From: Clostridia bacterium
GTDB taxonomy: Bacteria; Bacillota; Clostridia; Oscillospirales; CAG-272
Direction: 5' to 3'
NCBI GenBank assembly: GCA_017503165.1
Contig: JAFVTO010000151.1
Coordinates: 1-47,475 of the forward strand
DNA: 47,475 bases
The notes below the pieces were generated by a model. It searched no databases and had not been told where the DNA came from. It was given only the letters and a program-made list of their open reading frames with translations. The number at the start of each line of letters is the position of its first letter. Position 1 is the stretch's first letter. Positions 46,071 through 47,475 of the stretch are shown one piece after another. The translations under genes were made by a program, and so were the position numbers.

Positions 46071-46925
46071 TCACTTGCTTGTAATGATCTCCACCGCCGC
46101 ATCAAGCAGATCGGTCTCCACAGTCTCTATAGTACCCGCATCGCACAGCGCAGCAAGCTTAGGATCAATGGGAAGGCGTGCGAGCACGGGAATGCTGTAC
46201 TGCATTGCGATCTCATCAACGTGGCTCTTTCCGAACACTTCTATTTTCTTGCCGCAATCGGGGCACAGCATATAGCTGTAGTTTTCGATAATACCGAGTA
46301 TCGGAATATTCATCATTCTCGCCATATTGACAGCCTTGGCGACTATCATTGATACCAGATCCTGGGGGGTGGCAACAATAATAATTCCGTCAAGAGGAAT
46401 TGACTGCATTACCGTCAGCGGAACGTCTCCGGTCCCGGGAGGCATATCCACATACATATAGTCAACGTCGCCCCAGACCACGTCAGTCCAGAACTGCTTT
46501 ACAGTTCCTGCGATAACAGGACCTCTCCAGACCACGGGAGCAGTCTCGTCACGCAGAAGCATATTAACACTGATAGCGTGAATGCCGGTGTGGGTGGTCA
46601 AAGGAAGGATACCGTCCTCACAGCCGGTAACGTCTCCTTTAAGCCCGAATATTTTCGGTATAGAAGGACCGGTAATATCTGCATCAAGTATCGCCGTCTT
46701 ATAGTCAAGACGACGGGTAAGCGTAGCAAGCAGAGCGGTGACCGAGGATTTTCCAACTCCGCCCTTTCCGCTTACAACACCGATGACATGCTTTATATCG
46801 CTTGCCTTGTTCTGAGGCTCAATAAGGCTCTGGGGCTCGCGCGAGCCGCACTTTGCACTACAAGTAGAGCAATCATGAGTGCATTCCGACTCTTCGTTCT
46901 GATTTACTTTTTCGTTTTCTGCCAT
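46071..46925 (-). CDS. apbC: Mrp/NBP35-family Fe-S cluster carrier ATPase
   Basis: Has the deviant Walker A SGKGGVGKS, an N-terminal Cys cluster (CTHDCSTCSAKC), and a CPDCG motif. Confidence 0.9.
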   Translation of the reverse strand: MAENEKVNQNEESECTHDCSTCSAKCGSREPQSLIEPQNKASDIKHVIGVVSGKGGVGKSSVTALLATLTRRLDYKTAILDADITGPSIPKIFGLKGDVTGCEDGILPLTTHTGIHAISVNMLLRDETAPVVWRGPVIAGTVKQFWTDVVWGDVDYMYVDMPPGTGDVPLTVMQSIPLDGIIIVATPQDLVSMIVAKAVNMARMMNIPILGIIENYSYMLCPDCGKKIEVFGKSHVDEIAMQYSIPVLARLPIDPKLAALCDAGTIETVETDLLDAAVEIITSK

Positions 46926-47051
46926 TTTATAATCATTCCTTTCGATGTATACCGCGCCGCACAGTAAGAAGAGCGCGGATTATATCCTTTTTATTATTAT
47001 ATACCATTACCCACTTTTTTTCAAGCCCTAATAAGGAATTTTACAAATTAA

Positions 47052-47080
47052 TTGAAATATTCACATATATGGGTTAAAAT
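47052..47080 (+). promoter_or_regulatory. SigA-type promoter for apbE
   Basis: TTGAAA at 47052-47057, a 17-nt spacer, and TAAAAT at 47075-47080. Confidence 0.45.
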
Positions 47081-47197
47081 ATAATATACGGTGAATCAAC
47101 ACCGCCAAGCCTGAAAGTCACAGCTATAAGGTTGTAAATCCTCAAAACGGTTTGTAAGCACAAAACAGCAGTTATTCACGGAAAGGTACTCATAAAA

Positions 47198-47475
47198 ATG
47201 AAGAAAACACTTTCATTGCTGACGGCAGCGCTTTTACTGATAGCCGTAGCGGCTCTACCGGCATGCGCCCCCAAAGCCGAAGTGCCTCAAGAGCTCTCGT
47301 TTTTCGCAATGGACACCTATATGACGCTTAAGGTATATCGCGGAGAACGAACTGAAAACGAGGCTGACGCCGCGTTATCCGCCGCCAAGGATGAGATACA
47401 AAGAATAGAAAAACTGATTTCGGTAACGGAGGAAAGCAGTGAGATCGCCGCTCTTAATCTCGGTGAGGTGCTGGA
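47198..47475 (+). CDS. apbE: FAD:protein FMN transferase (ApbE) lipoprotein, 5' partial that runs off the window
   Basis: This ORF is not in the ORF track because it has no stop codon. ATG at 47198 follows a GGAAAGG RBS. The product starts MKKTLSLLTAALLLIAVAALPACAP (lipobox) and then FFAMDTYMTL, the ApbE N-terminal motif. Confidence 0.75.
   Translation, partial: MKKTLSLLTAALLLIAVAALPACAPKAEVPQELSFFAMDTYMTLKVYRGERTENEADAALSAAKDEIQRIEKLISVTEESSEIAALNLGEVL

Overview
This window looks like a chromosomal segment from a spore-forming Firmicute, probably a member of the Clostridia. Nearly all of it is core housekeeping genes arranged in long co-directional blocks.

- **Start of window (plus strand):** spoIIAA-spoIIAB-sigF.
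- **2.9-25.4 kb (minus strand):** HAD hydrolase, a trigger-factor-like lipoprotein, dusB, an SDR, a radical-SAM/TatD pair, metG, rluD, lspA, ileS, yggT, sepF, yggS, miaA, folD, an M16 peptidase pair, and two uncharacterised genes.
- **25.7-35.9 kb (plus strand):** nusB, a Kae1/TsaD-like gene, xseA, xseB, ispA, tlyA, nadK, argR, recN, tyrS, murB.
- **Remainder:** an ADP-ribosylglycohydrolase, PBP1A, the c-di-AMP receptor DarA/YaaQ, a GH88 lipoprotein, an 18-repeat cell-wall-binding lipoprotein, a family-4 UDG, a MecA-like adaptor, Mrp/ApbC and the 5' part of ApbE.

I found no rRNA, tRNA, CRISPR array, intact transposon or recognisable defence genes. The only mobile-element signal is at the extreme left edge (1-1044). 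It consists of a catalytic-domain-only tyrosine recombinase, a small basic orphan ORF, and a compact module of operator, promoter and small RNA.

I do not see a clear multi-gene novel system. The best leads are:

1. The left-edge operator/promoter/structured-RNA module.
2. The 511-aa Arg/Cys-rich orphan protein, with the polytopic membrane protein next to it.
3. A roughly 0.65-kb ORF-poor intergenic region carrying three tandem 19-bp repeats upstream of the mecA-like gene.
4. A Kae1/TsaD-like paralog wedged between nusB and xseA.
5. Two unusual cell-wall-binding-repeat lipoproteins.

All functional calls come from motif recognition by eye. No database search was run.
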